A stretch of DNA of 64,000 nt from a virus (Duplodnaviria; Caudoviricetes): IMG/VR virus record IMGVR_UViG_3300024331_000007, positions 224,001 to 288,000 of that record; one strand, written 5' to 3'. Below are positions 20,675 through 32,874 of the stretch, piece after piece. The first letter of the stretch is position 1. The number at the start of each line of letters is the position of its first letter. A program made the translations under genes and the position numbers. A model generated the notes under the pieces. The model searched no databases. It saw only the letters and a list, made by a program, of their open reading frames with translations, and had not been told where the DNA came from.

Positions 20675-21614
20675 TTAGTTAATCGTGGTTGTCTCGTCCT
20701 GATAAACAATTGTGACTTTGTTTTGTTGGTATAGTTCCTTCAGGGCTATCGCTATTGTTTCGGCTCTGGATTTCAGGGTGAACGTCTCAAGAGGATACAG
20801 AGGATACTGAATTATTTCGACAATGAAGCCGGGTTCCTCTCCCTTGTTGGGCACACCAGCAGCACTTACATTTCTGTAGATGAACTTAGTTGGAGTTATA
20901 GTAACGCAGAAGCCAATGGAATTACAAAAATCATGCAGAAAATTTTCAGCTTCCTCAATGGGGATGATTGCTTCGCTATAACCAACTCTTTGCCCAACAA
21001 ATATCTGGGCGGTAAAAGTCTTTTCTTTGACGGCTGTTCTGATTGCAGTTGTGTCGTTGATTGCGCTGTGAGTTGGTGAAATATAGGTTGTCTTACTCAT
21101 ATACATAACTCCGTTTTCAATGATGCCAGTTTCAATCTAATGTCGTTAATGAGAGTCTTTCTGGCGCGTTCCTGTTCCAATGTTACAGTGGAAAATTCAG
21201 TGCAATGCAGCAACCAATAATATTGTTCCTCGACTTCTTCGATCATTCGAAGACGCATTCTGGTATAATCAGCCGCATCCTCCCACATCTGTCTATGGTC
21301 AGTATTCCATATATGTTTGGCACCCAGATCAACTGTCCAAATATCTGACTTATAGGAATCACCATCATCGAATCCTGTTTTTGGTTCTTTCCAATACAGT
21401 CGCACAAATCCTTCGCTATAAGATTGGGCCATTAGTCGTAGTACTCCCCTTCCGTCCAGCGAACAGTATGAGTTACTTTCTCAGTGTGCTGACCGGGGTG
21501 GTGCATCCATCGATTGCAGGTCCCAATAACATGATGAGTTGATCCTTTGGCGAGTCTGGTATTGTTGCAATAGATATGACCAATCGCACATAAAATGTAT
21601 CGAAATAGTTTCAT
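20675..21614 (-). CDS. three hypothetical proteins: 20675-21106, 21097-21432, 21432-21614
   Basis: ORF track, co-oriented overlapping run. Confidence 0.55.
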
Positions 21615-23246
21615 TAGTTCTCCAACATGTACATCATTTGATGTTCAACATAATGCCAAGCATATTCCCATGCGCCTTCTTCTGTGTACTTACTGGTGGA
21701 AATAATACTGCCATTGCGATCAATCACAATATCGTAACTATATCGAACAACATCTGTGAAGATGCCATTATCCATCCTGTAATAATAAGTTTTTCTATTG
21801 TGCTTTAAACAATAAGCCTCGGGATATATTTCAAGGACCTTTTCCTTAAAATCTATGACTCCAGAATCTTCATTGTTTGGTATTCTATCCACGTCCATGC
21901 ATCTCTCCAAGATTCTTCCTCACTGTTTCCAACCCCGATAGTATGATGACCTGATCCCGTAACATAGTGCCATACTACGCTTCTACTATAATATGGAAAC
22001 CCGTCCACAAATGTTGCCGATGGATAAACAGCCAGAACTTTGGCTTTATAGTCTATGACTCCAACTTCTTCAGCATCTCGTTCTGAATGTAATACCATGC
22101 GTTTTGCCATGCACCATACTCCCAATAAGTATTTCGTGCCATCTGAACATCGCCGTTCCAAACATCAAAATATCTGCAACTAGTTATTCCATCGGGCTTG
22201 ACTGCGCGATTCCAGCCATGTTCAATACAGGTTGCCTCTGGATAAACAGCCAGAACTTTGGCTTTGTAATCTATTTCTCCAGCTTCGCCATCATTTGTGC
22301 TGATATTATTGTCCACGCTCTTTCCCACGCCCGTGTTTCGCTATCACAATGAGGACTCAATATATAAAATGTGAATCCTCTTTCCTCGGGTATTTCTGGT
22401 GACGCTCTGGATAGAATCACATAGGTCAATTCCAAGTAGTTCGCAACTCGGACTGGCTTCTTACAAAAGGCCAAAGGATAAATGGACTTGACTAATTCCT
22501 CGTAATTTATTCTCCCAGCTTCTCCAGCATTTCCCTCTGTATGTTCTGCCACGCCACTATCCATGCTGTTCCTCTCGTTCGTGTGCTTCCATGCAGCCAT
22601 TGCCACGTTTCCTGTCCTTCCCAATGAATAGACCATTGCCAAGTCATATCCATATCCCACGGTTCTCGGTGAATCATTCTGGCATTTGGAAATGTGGCTA
22701 GAACATGAGCACGAGCTATATTACCAAAATTACCAATATCTTCAGTGCGATAATGTTCCTGAGTATTCTTCATATGCTATCTCATTGTACATTTATTGTC
22801 GAAGTTTTTCCATCATCATTTCGTTTACTGTATCCCATGCTCTCGACCAAGCTTCCAAAGGACTATCACCAATTCCCATATTGAACCCATTTAGTTGCGG
22901 AGGTTCTTTCTTGTATTTGTGCATCTCCCCAGAATAAATTATGTACATTGGCGGGAAGGTTTTCCAACCATCTCTGACTGTCATATTGGCATTTGGGTAT
23001 GCCGTATGAACCAGCTTCATGAGTTTTCGAATTTTGCGAGTAGTTCTTGCTGAATCGATTTCCACGCTCTTTTCCATGCCTCCCTTTCTGTTTGTGCGTA
23101 CGCTCTGATGAACTGGTTTATGGATTGTTTGCTCCATGTGACCAAATAATATGGCGGTTCGTTTCTATTATTCTCACCAATATTCTTGCCATCATTAAAC
23201 ATGAGGCTGGCATCAGGATAAATCTTCAGCACTTTTTCTTTAACTG

Positions 23247-23471
23247 TCATTTTTCCAGCTTCATCAGCATAATTGCATTGATATATTCCATTGCCATTTC
23301 CCATGCTTCGGAATATGAGCTACGAATGGACACGTCCAGATACTATTCGTATCCATGTTTAGTTTTGTTTCCGCTGCACACAACATACCCTTTATTATCT
23401 CTGGAGTATGCTGTTACGACTCGCGCACTAGGATAGATGTTCGTCACGAAATGTATTGGATTTTCTTTCAT
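23247..23471 (-). pseudogene. family-A member with in-frame TAG
   Basis: MKENPIHFVTNIYPSA...KHGYE*YLDVSIRSSYSEAWEMAMEYINAIMLMKLEK; TAG at 23343-23345. Confidence 0.75.
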
Positions 23472-25470
23472 CAGTCTGCCAACTTGTCCAGCATTTTCTT
23501 GTCCATAATCTTTCGCCCCAAAGACCACATTTTCCGAGAAGATAAAGGTCCATGAATAAGTGAATAGCCTGATCCATCGCCATCCAGCACAAATACGATA
23601 TATCGTTCGTCTCCTTGAGTTGGGTAGAACTGGGCGTTTGGAAAATATTTCTTCACATATTTTTCATCTTTGGTCATGATTCCAACTTTTGCAGCATTAA
23701 TTCAGCTATGATTTTCTTTGCTTCTCTCCAAACTATTGATTCGTCCTCTTCTATGCGATGCCAAATCCATCCCAAAGTTAAATATGGCTCTCTTTCAGTT
23801 CCAATTGAAATTGCTGCCTGAGCATAATTCCATCGTATGAGTTTAGCCTCGGGATATATTGATAGAACACACTCTTTATCTGTCATGATTCCAGCACCAT
23901 AACCATACATCTTAGAATTGCTGACTTTGCTGATTCCCATGCCTCTTCTTCTGTCGGTAACCCCGAAAAACTGAAATATGAATTTTCGGGATATCCAGTG
24001 TATGCTCTAAACCTGTATAGATCATCCTTTGAATACGGATTTTTCACAATAAAAGCATTTGGATATGAGTTCACAACAAACTCTTTTGCTGTCATGACGC
24101 CAGTTTTCTCATCATTCTTGCATTCAGTATTCTTTTTGCATCGTTCCATTGAACTGACTCCCTTTTACTTGCCTTGATTAAGGCCCATGACCCATAATGT
24201 TTGCCTTCGTACTCAATGATTAAAAAGTCTTCAGTATCAGGCAGCTTTTCAAACCTAGCATTAGGAAAGACAGATAGTACAAACTCTTTGGCTGTCATTC
24301 TTCAAACTTCTGTAGCATCCTTTTCGTTATTTCCTGCCTGACATATCTCCATGCTGCTCTCGTATCCTTATACGTATACCAACCATATGTTACCCATAAA
24401 TAGTTGGGTGGCCGTCGCTCTAGGTATATTGCAATGAGATTACGGTCCACGCACCAGCGAACAAGGTTGGCTTCTGGATACACCGATCTAACAAATTGCT
24501 TATCAGTCATGATGCCAGCTTTCTGATCATCTCAAGTTCAATATTTTCCTTCAATCTTTTCCAAACTTCGCGCGCATCATTTCCAGTCATGACATATAAT
24601 TGAGTATTCGGTTCCAACCGATATGTGGAATAACCAGTGACGTATTCAGAATCAACCCATGCATGAGGGTATAATGATTTTACAAACTGCTTATCAGTCA
24701 TTGTGCAAGTTTCCTCAGCATTTCGACTTCAATACTTCCTCGCAATCCCGTCCACACTTCGTCTTCATTACTGCGTCTGGTAACTGTCCATTCTTCTTTT
24801 TCAAGTTTAAATAGGCAGTATCCAGCAATATAATGGGTCATAACCTCAGCCTGAGGATACATCGATAGAACGAACTCTTTATCGGTCATAATGCCAACTT
24901 TCTCAGGATGCTTTTGTTCAGTATATCTCTGGCAGCTTCCCATGCTGCCTCTTCTGTTTCGTACATCGGTATAGACCAATTTGATGCATACACGCCGACA
25001 ATATAGAATCGGCCCGGTTCTGGAGTTGTATAGGTCGCGCAGAACGCATCTGGATTAAGGCTTTGAACAAATTCTTTAGCCGTTAACTCGCCAGCTTGTC
25101 CAGAATCCGTCCGTTTGTTATTTTCCTTGCTCCGCACCACGCTTCCTCTTCTGTATTGTGAAGAATTGTTCTGCTGTCCATAAAACCCAGATTGAAAACA
25201 TAGTAGTATGTTTTCCAATTATATCTGTCTGGGCATACACATGCCTCAGGATAAATTGCAAGAACGAACTCTTTATCTGTCATTCTTCTAACTTCCTAAT
25301 CATTGCAAAATTAATATCTTCTCTGGCGTACCGCCAAGTCATGTTCTCTGTTGTTTCAGCGCAATATCCTATTGTCTTATAAGGAGAATGACCAATCTCA
25401 ATGCACATACCAGATTTAAATGAAATAAATTTGGCGTTTGGATAAACAGCCAACACGAACTCTTTGTCAG

Positions 25471-25689
25471 TCATTGTTCCAACTTTCTCAGCATATTCCA
25501 CTCAATGATTTCTCGTGCATCTTTCCATGCGTTCTCTGGTGAATTACAAAGTCCACTCAGAGCTTCAAAACTATAGAGTCCCATTCCTCGTACTACCTAA
25601 TATTGTTCTGGCGCGTTACCATAATCCTCACCGACTATTTTAATCGCTGCATTTGGGTGAAACATTCGAACAAATTGTTCAGGTGTCAT
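25471..25689 (-). pseudogene. family-A member with in-frame TAG (absent from ORF track)
   Basis: MTPEQFVRMFHPNA...EQY*VVRGMG...SPENAWKDAREIIEWNMLRKLEQ; TAG at 25597-25599. Confidence 0.8.
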
Positions 25690-26130
25690 ACTATTGAGTC
25701 GTTTCCCTCTAACTTATTCAGCATTCTTTGTCCAACTCTTTCTCGTGCTTCGGCCCATGCCTCATCTGGAGTTTCACAAGTTCCAGCAACCCAATCGTAA
25801 CAAACTTTACCATCAAATCGTATTACAATATAACCAACGTTGTTTTTGTATCGCCAACTCCAGCATGTTGACAATTGAACATCATCATACACGCTCATTA
25901 GGAACTCTTTATCTGTCATGATTCAAATGCCTTTAAGGTTTCCGTCAATATTCGTTCTTTACCATTGCGCCACATTTCTTCTTCAGTATCTCCCGACACA
26001 CAAAACGTAACTATCGATGCATGATGACCTGTTCGAGTGGCCCAAATTTCATAGCCTTTTTTACCCGACCAAAACACCTTTGTACGATATATTCGTGGAT
26101 ACACCGATCTAACAAATATCTCGTCTTCGG

Positions 26131-26381
26131 TCATTGTTCGAGTTTTTCCACCATTCGTCTTTGTGTTGTTAGCCACGCTCGTCTCCACGCTTCTTTAGCA
26201 TTCCACGGCGGAAGCCACCCCAATTTTTTATATTCGGGGGATCATTGGGTTGAGATGATAAATTGTCATACCAAATATAACCTTTAAAAGAATCAGTATT
26301 TCCAACCCACTGAATGACTTCCTTAGTCTGTGTTAGATATGCCTTTGGAAAAACCGACAGAACTTTTTGTCGATAACTCAG
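26131..26381 (-). pseudogene. frameshifted family-A member
   Basis: N-half RQKVLSVFPKA is in one frame; C-half KKLGWLPPWNAKEAWRRAW...MVEKLEQ is in the -1 frame. The shift lies within GATCCCCCGAATATAAAAAATT. Confidence 0.7.
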
Positions 26382-29028
26382 GCGCTTTCTAACTTGTCCA
26401 CCATGTCTTTTAGTATCTGTTCCCATGCCGCTTTCCATGCCTTCTTTGAATCATAAATTCTGTCACACAATTTTACAGTCTCGTAGTAATTGTTCCAGAA
26501 TCCTTTACATTCAGCCCTGTACTGAACTGATCCGTACCAAAACTCTGCGTTCGGATGAATCTGAAGAACTCGCTGCCTGTGCGTCAGGTGTTTTCGAACA
26601 TTCGTTTTAACCGTCATCGCTCTAACATTCTTAGCATTGTTTTTTCGTCATCCAGAATCTCAATCATTTCAGGGTCCATTTCGCAAAAGCAACCACCACG
26701 AATCTCCATATAGACTCGTCCGTCGTGACATTCAAACACCTTACCCAATTCAGATATGTCCTGCCATTTGATAAAAGGTCTGGTATGCCACACCCAATCT
26801 CCAACATTTATGAGTTTGCCATTCTTATCTTTCATGACTCCAGCCTTCTCAACATGAATCTGTCAACAATTCCGACTGCCTTTTGCCATGCGGAAGGTGC
26901 TGTATGAGCACAGGAAGCACACCAATTGTGGCCTTTCTCATCAATCCAAATCTCGTAACGATAATGTCCATCGGTATAAAACCTGAGATGGGCAGATGGA
27001 AAGATTGCCTGAATATGCTGCTTCGGAGTCATTCTGCGAGCTTGTCCAACATCTGTTTTTGAACTGTTCTCCATGCCTGTTCCCAAGCCCTTTCTGGTGT
27101 GTAGTCTTCCGCCAGTGTCACATCCCATGATTGCATTCCCTTTTCTTTTCGAACTTTAACAGACCACACACTCAAACCTGCAAATTTGAATGGGAATAGT
27201 GTTGCAGTTGGATATATTGCTTTAACGCTTTCTTCGGCTGTCATGGTTTAAATCTTCTGCGAGCCATTGCTTTTTCTTCCATCTCTTCATACATGCGCTG
27301 ATCCCACTCTCTTTCTTCCTCGCGCAGTTTTTCGAAGTATTCCTGTTCTAGCCTGTAGTCTTCTTCTCGTTCTCTCCAATACTGATCCATCGGGTCTTCT
27401 GCCAACTTGTCCAACATCTGCTGTTGAATGGCAATCCATGCTTGCTCCCATGCAACATCCTCAATCATATCTGGTGGACAAAACGTAGTGCTGATGGTTG
27501 CCAATTTCTGTTCAAATGGAAAGTCAGTAATCTCAATGAGAAACTGATCTTCCTTTGCATCACGAGCAATACGTTGGCTCTTGTGCGCAATTGCATTTGG
27601 ATATATTGCCAACACATGTTCTTTAGCTGTCATATTCCAGCTTCCTTAACATTTTGGTTTGAACATTTTTCCATGCTGACTCCCATGCATTATCAAGCGT
27701 AGACCCCACACCTATAGTATACATCTTTTTGTGCCAGTGCTTAATGTTAAAATCTGGGTAGTCGGAGCTAATTTCAACCAAATATATACTTAACGGAACC
27801 TTGCGGCCATCTCTTTTGTTTTGCAGGACTTTAATCTCTGCTTCGGGATAGATATTCAGAACATTTTCTTTAGCAGTCATATTTCGAATCTCTGTACCAT
27901 ATCTCTCATTATTCTGAATGCCGCCTGTTTCCAAACCAAAATTTCAAACATTCTTCTTGGAAGTGGATGATCTGTTGGCCTATGAACAGATGCCAGTGTT
28001 TGTTGATCCTCAGAAGTAGCAGGTGCACTGAGTAACAAATACGTTGTTCCTGATTTCCGCCCAACTCCGAATTTGTGTGTGAATGATTCTGGGTAGGAAC
28101 TAAGCACTATTCGTTTGGCCTCTCGTAGTGTCATGCGTTTTCCAGCTTCTCCAACATTTCATGTTGAACATCGCGCCATGCGATTGACCAAGCCAATTCT
28201 TCACTATCAGCCATTGTCATGTAATGCATTATAGGGGCCCCATCATATCTGATCCTGACTCGTCGCACATAATACATTAAACGACCATAAATCTGAATCG
28301 TGTCCGCTTCAGTTGTGCAATGGGCGCTTGGATATACCGCCATTACATTTTCCTTATCTGTCAAATGCGCCCTCCAACTGTAGTAGCATATTATGCTGAA
28401 TTTGTTTCCATGCTCGATTCCATGCAATATTTTCTGTGGCGCAAGTGCGGCCAATAAATCTGTCGTTCCATGATTTACCGCCGCAACATTTCTTATCACG
28501 GCATGGCTCGTTATAAACATACAAATAGAAACCATCATCCTCTCGGATGCAGGCATGTGGATATATTGCTTTGACTTTTTGTTCGGCTGTCTTTCTCATT
28601 GTGCCAACTTTGCCAGCATATCTCGCTGAATTTCAGTCCATGCCGCTCTCCACGCATTCTTTTTACATGCCACAGAAGGTCCAGCGTAGCCATTACTTCC
28701 TTCTGGACAACATTTTGGATTCCTGCAACCAAACGCCAGAACATAATAGTCAACTTGTTCTGATCCAACATCCACTCCTCGAACGTAGGCATGCTTATAA
28801 AGATTGATTACCTGATGTTTTGGTGTCATTGCTCTAACCTTCTAACCATTCCGATTGCAATCTTACCCCATGCATTTTTCCACGCAATTTTTGGCGTAAC
28901 ACCAACCCCAAGCCATGTTTCCGCCAATTCGCTGACACGAATATAAATTACCCAAAACTTTTTCACATGCTCGTATTTCTTCTGCTTTGCCGCTGGATAA
29001 ATCCGCCGCACATTTATCATGTCTTCGT

Positions 29029-29234
29029 TCATGATTCCAACTTCCTTAACATGTCTTCGCTCCAAGTTCCGTGGATGCAAGATACGAATGACCAACCAGC
29101 GCGTCATCAAAATGCTGAACTGTGTATCTGTAACAGGATGCGAATCGTTGTTCCGTGCAAAATGCCTGCGGATAAAACTTCAAAACCTTCTCACGAACGG
29201 AAACGAGTTCTGTTTGATCCTTGGAATAAGACAT
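29029..29234 (-). pseudogene. family-A member with apparent internal deletion/frameshift
   Basis: VREKVLKFYPQA...STELGA lacks the AW helix and stops; EDMLRKLES follows in another frame. Confidence 0.6.
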
Positions 29235-30194
29235 TCCTGAACTCCTTTCGTAATGGATAACCAAGTCCAATCCATGCTTGTTCCCACAACTGAGCATCGT
29301 ATTTGAAACTGCCATAAAATGTGTGATTATTGAATACTAACCACCTGCTTCCAACCTTAACACCGCGAACTTTCTTCTTTCTTCCACACACAGTTGCCCA
29401 ACCATCTTCAACTTTGGCTGTGGGGAAACACAATTTGACTTTTTCTTCAGTAGTCATGACATTAGCTTTTTCAACATCCGTTTCTGGATTCTTAGCCACG
29501 CCCATTCCCACAGATTTTCCTCAGACACCTTGTAGTAATCCATCTTGAAGATGAGCCATTTCCCGTCAGCAATCTTAATGCCAGAAACTTTATACTTGCG
29601 TTGCTTGAATCCATTAGCAGTTGACCGTTGGTAAACAGCTTCGGGATAAACGTTCTGTACCATCTCTTTGAAGTTCATTTGATTGCCAACTTTCTCAGCA
29701 TTCTTTCTTCAATCTTTTTCCATGTTCTTTCCCACACATATTCTCGGGAGAATCCACTAATGACATCCTGTACGGTATTTTCGTCCGAATACAACCAAAC
29801 CTCATACAAAAACTCATCAATACTTCCATGAGGGACAATCCTAAATTCAGTACGAGGATACAGGTTCATAACCATTTTTTCGTAATCTAGCTCGCCAACT
29901 TCTTCAACATTTCCTGCTGAATCTTTTTCCATGTACGTCTCCAAAGAATGTGCTCAAACTTTCCACCATATGCGTAACATTTATTACCGATCCAAACACC
30001 CTTGGCCATAATTTCTTTGCCGTAGTGCGATCCATCCGTTGACCAATCCCATGTTGATTGTGGTATCCAACCCCATTTCAATACAGCCTCTGGATAAACG
30101 GATTTTACTTTATCTTCTGCCCTTAATGAGGCAAACGTTCCTACACTCTTATTTTGAATGTTTGGGAACGTTATGTTCTTAGTCGATTTGTTTT

Positions 30195-30413
30195 TCATCC
30201 CATGATCTTTCTGAGTATATCTCGTCCTGCAATGCGTAAAAGATTTGTGATCTTGATTTCTGGAGCTTGCCGTTTCGTCTTGTGCAAAAAACAATAGTTG
30301 TTTCCAGATTCAGCCTGTAGCTTGCAACGATGTTTTTCCAAATACTTGTGAACTTCAGCATCGCTCATCAGCGAAATATCTGCGTCTCCGCAATAAATGC
30401 ATCTTTTACTCAT
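30195..30413 (-). CDS. small Cys/His protein inserted in the array
   Basis: CIYC...H...H.C...C..H; no YPxA motif. Confidence 0.55.
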   Translation of the reverse strand: MSKRCIYCGDADISLMSDAEVHKYLEKHRCKLQAESGNNYCFLHKTKRQAPEIKITNLLRIAGRDILRKIMG

Positions 30414-30632
30414 GACTCAAACTGCCTCATGATCTTGAAGTTTAATTCTTTCTTCAATTTCACCCAAACGCCATCTTCTGTTAAAGACCGTTGTAATTTG
30501 TCGTAATCTCCGAGTCCAAGTGATCCAACATATCGGACACCATCAGAAAATTTCAACGAAACAACTCTCGCATCTGGACACAACTCTTGCACGAATTGTT
30601 GGTCTTCGCTCATTAGAAACGACTTTCTATGC

Positions 30633-30702
30633 TAAATACTTATGCAGTTCGCGAGTCTCGTGAACTCCAACTGCCCTAACGCCATTTCGAGGCAATCAGC
30701 AT
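30633..30702 (+). promoter_or_regulatory. late promoter plus conserved structured leader, copy 4
   Basis: TAAATA-cttat-GCAGTT-CGC-GAGT-ctcgtga-ACTC-C-AACTGC-cctaac-GCC-atttcga-GGC-aatcagcat-ATG. Confidence 0.75.
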
Positions 30703-31317
30703 ATGAATACTTATCCCAATAATAACACATTTTACGTTTACGCATATCTTCGCCAAAATGGAACACCATATTACATAGGTAAAGGAAACGGAGATAGGGC
30801 ATTTCGTAATTATCGTAAACGATGTGTTCGTCCTCCAAAAGATAAATCTCGTGTAGTCATCCTTTTTGAGAACTTATTTGAACCAGCTTCCTTTCAAATA
30901 GAGATGCTATTTATTCGCATGTTTGGTCGTATTGATCTTGGAACTGGGTGCCTTCATAATAGAACCAGCGGCGGTGAAGGCATCAGTGGTTATCGTAGAA
31001 GTCCAGAATCAATCGCTAAACAAATTGAGACTATGAAGCGAAACAACAAGAAACAAAGTAATGCAACCATTCTGAAAAGAATAAACACTAGAAAACTGAA
31101 TGGAACCTTGAATCCTAATACATTAGATTCACTGCATAAAACAAAAATCAAACGAATTGCCAATGGATCGTATAAGCGCACACCAGAAGCTATCGCTAAA
31201 CAGATTGCTACGCAAAAACGAAATGGCACTAATAAAAGGACTCCAGAATCTATCGCCAAAGGATTAGCAACAAAATTAGCCAGAAAATCAATAACGATAG
31301 ACAATCCTACCCATTGA
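30703..31317 (+). CDS. GIY-YIG homing endonuclease with C-terminal RTPESIAK-type repeats
   Basis: FYVYAYLRQNGTPYYIGKG...R...E...LHNRTSGGEG. Confidence 0.85.
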   Translation: MNTYPNNNTFYVYAYLRQNGTPYYIGKGNGDRAFRNYRKRCVRPPKDKSRVVILFENLFEPASFQIEMLFIRMFGRIDLGTGCLHNRTSGGEGISGYRRSPESIAKQIETMKRNNKKQSNATILKRINTRKLNGTLNPNTLDSLHKTKIKRIANGSYKRTPEAIAKQIATQKRNGTNKRTPESIAKGLATKLARKSITIDNPTH

Positions 31318-31503
31318 TAATGAATATGGTGATAATTCCAACAATACTTCGTCTCCCGGTTCAATTCGGATGTTGTTTTTGCGCAACCTTCCACCCAAAT
31401 AAGCTGTGATCTGCTGATTACCCGGAATCTCCACCAACCATGTTGTATTGGGGAGCGTCTTTAAAATCCTACCTCTTAGTTCTACCTGTTCGTCGCGTGG
31501 CAT
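31288..31503 (-). CDS. infA: translation initiation factor IF-1
   Basis: 71 aa; ELRGRILKTLPNTTWLV...AYLGGRLRKNNIRIEPGDEVLLELSPYSLSMGRIVYRY. Confidence 0.92.
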   Translation of the reverse strand: MPRDEQVELRGRILKTLPNTTWLVEIPGNQQITAYLGGRLRKNNIRIEPGDEVLLELSPYSLSMGRIVYRY

Positions 31504-31520
31504 GAATCTCCTTTGATTAA

Positions 31521-31549
31521 ATTATACCGAATTTCTTACTTACTGTCAA
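31521..31549 (-). promoter_or_regulatory. perfect sigma70 consensus promoter for infA
   Basis: TTGACA (31549-31544), 17 nt, TATAAT (31526-31521); AAGGAG SD before ATG. Confidence 0.85.
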
Positions 31550-31763
31550 GCCCTTTAAACTTGTCCAAAATCCTTTTGTTTGTTATACTTAAAGACCATT
31601 CCCATGCTTGTATTTCGTTAGCCCATGAATGTGCAATGATTTTTTCGTCGGCTACAATAAACCAAAAGTTTGGGCATTCTTCAGGAACTCCTCTACAATA
31701 TGCGTTTGGAAACAGTTTTATCATTTGGTCTTTGGCTTCGTTCACAAGTTCTCCAACTTCCAT
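31536..31763 (-). CDS. family-A protein
   Basis: KLFPNA...EIQAWEW...ILDKF. Confidence 0.7.
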   Translation of the reverse strand: MEVGELVNEAKDQMIKLFPNAYCRGVPEECPNFWFIVADEKIIAHSWANEIQAWEWSLSITNKRILDKFKGLDSK

Positions 31764-32874
31764 AACATTGCCTCGCCTTTAGTCATCTTTCTGACATTGT
31801 GGCCTAATTTGTGTCGTGTCTCATTATTTGGTGACCATACAGTCAAGTAAACTTCGTCCATAATCTTAAGAATTTCAACAACCTGTCCTGTGTTATTGAA
31901 GTCTTGCTGACTTTCGAAATCTCTCCAAAAGACAACATCGTCAACGCCGACTTTCTTTCCGTTAATGTCCTTCAAGAATTTTCTAGTCGCCACAGCATTG
32001 CCTCTTCGTCGGACATTTTTCTAATGTTGCGTGAAGCTTTCTGAGCACCATCGTTAAATCTTGAGGTTTGAGTCAGAACAGCCAGCCCCAATGTTTCTCT
32101 GACTGATGAAACTTTTCCAGTCTCCATAAATGGTTCACGAAGATTGTGCCGCCAATATACCATATCACCACTGGCTAGCTCTACCCCATCAACATCTTTC
32201 ATGAGTGTTCCAACTTCCACAGCATTGCTTTCTCGTCAGATAATTTTACAAGTTTGTTAGGTGGAATATAAAACGTATAAGAGAGTATATCATCGTCCAA
32301 AATACTAATGTTTGGGAACTCTACTTGCGCCATTTTGGTTTTTCTATTCATAGCCTGAACAACACCAATCATACTTTTCTTTTGACGATGTTTACATCTA
32401 ACAATATCACCCTTATTAATCATGCGTTTTCCAACTTCCACAGCATCATAATTTCAGGAGATGCTTTTTTTAAATTTGTGAGGTATTTGGTCATCACTTT
32501 GTCTGCTCTTACATCAGTAACGTCAATCCATTCTCCACTTGAGTATGATGATGTTACTGTTCCTAATCTGTTGTATGAGAAATTTTCTTCATCACTCATC
32601 TTCCACAAGACCAAATCCCCGTAATCAAGTTTATTATTGTCAACGTCTTTCATACGTTTTCTAGCTGCCACAGCATTGCCTCTTCGTCGGACATTTTTCG
32701 TACATTGATAGGAAGCTTTTCCACTAACATACGATTAGTTGTTCGAATGGTTAAATAAGGAGTTTCCTGCGGCGATCCTACAATTCCGATACTGCTAAAG
32801 GAATTATATTCTCCGTTAATTCTGTACCAAACTATGTCTCCCACTTCCAGTATTTTTCCGTCGGTATCTTTCAC
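31742..32874 (-). CDS. five tandem family-B proteins: 31742-31993, 31972-32220, 32199-32441, 32420-32671, 32650-32874
   Basis: KD-x-[DN]-G-x-x-[LV]-x-x-GD-x-V-x-W...GxV...N[VIL]RK[ML]S[DE]EEAMLWKLE. Confidence 0.85.

Larger units (their letters stand above)
21614..30613 (-). repeat. family-A paralogue array, left arm part 1 (about 38 small genes, plus one family-B gene at 26614-26835)
   Basis: Contiguous 190-300 nt ORFs with YPxA and AW...KLE motifs, mostly joined by 4-nt or 1-nt stop/start overlaps. Examples: 23471-23677, 24092-24298, 24295-24510, 24507-24701, 25083-25283, 25686-25919, 26378-26617, 27029-27244, 27877-28134, 28354-28599, 28596-28829, 29454-29678, 30410-30613. Confidence 0.9.
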
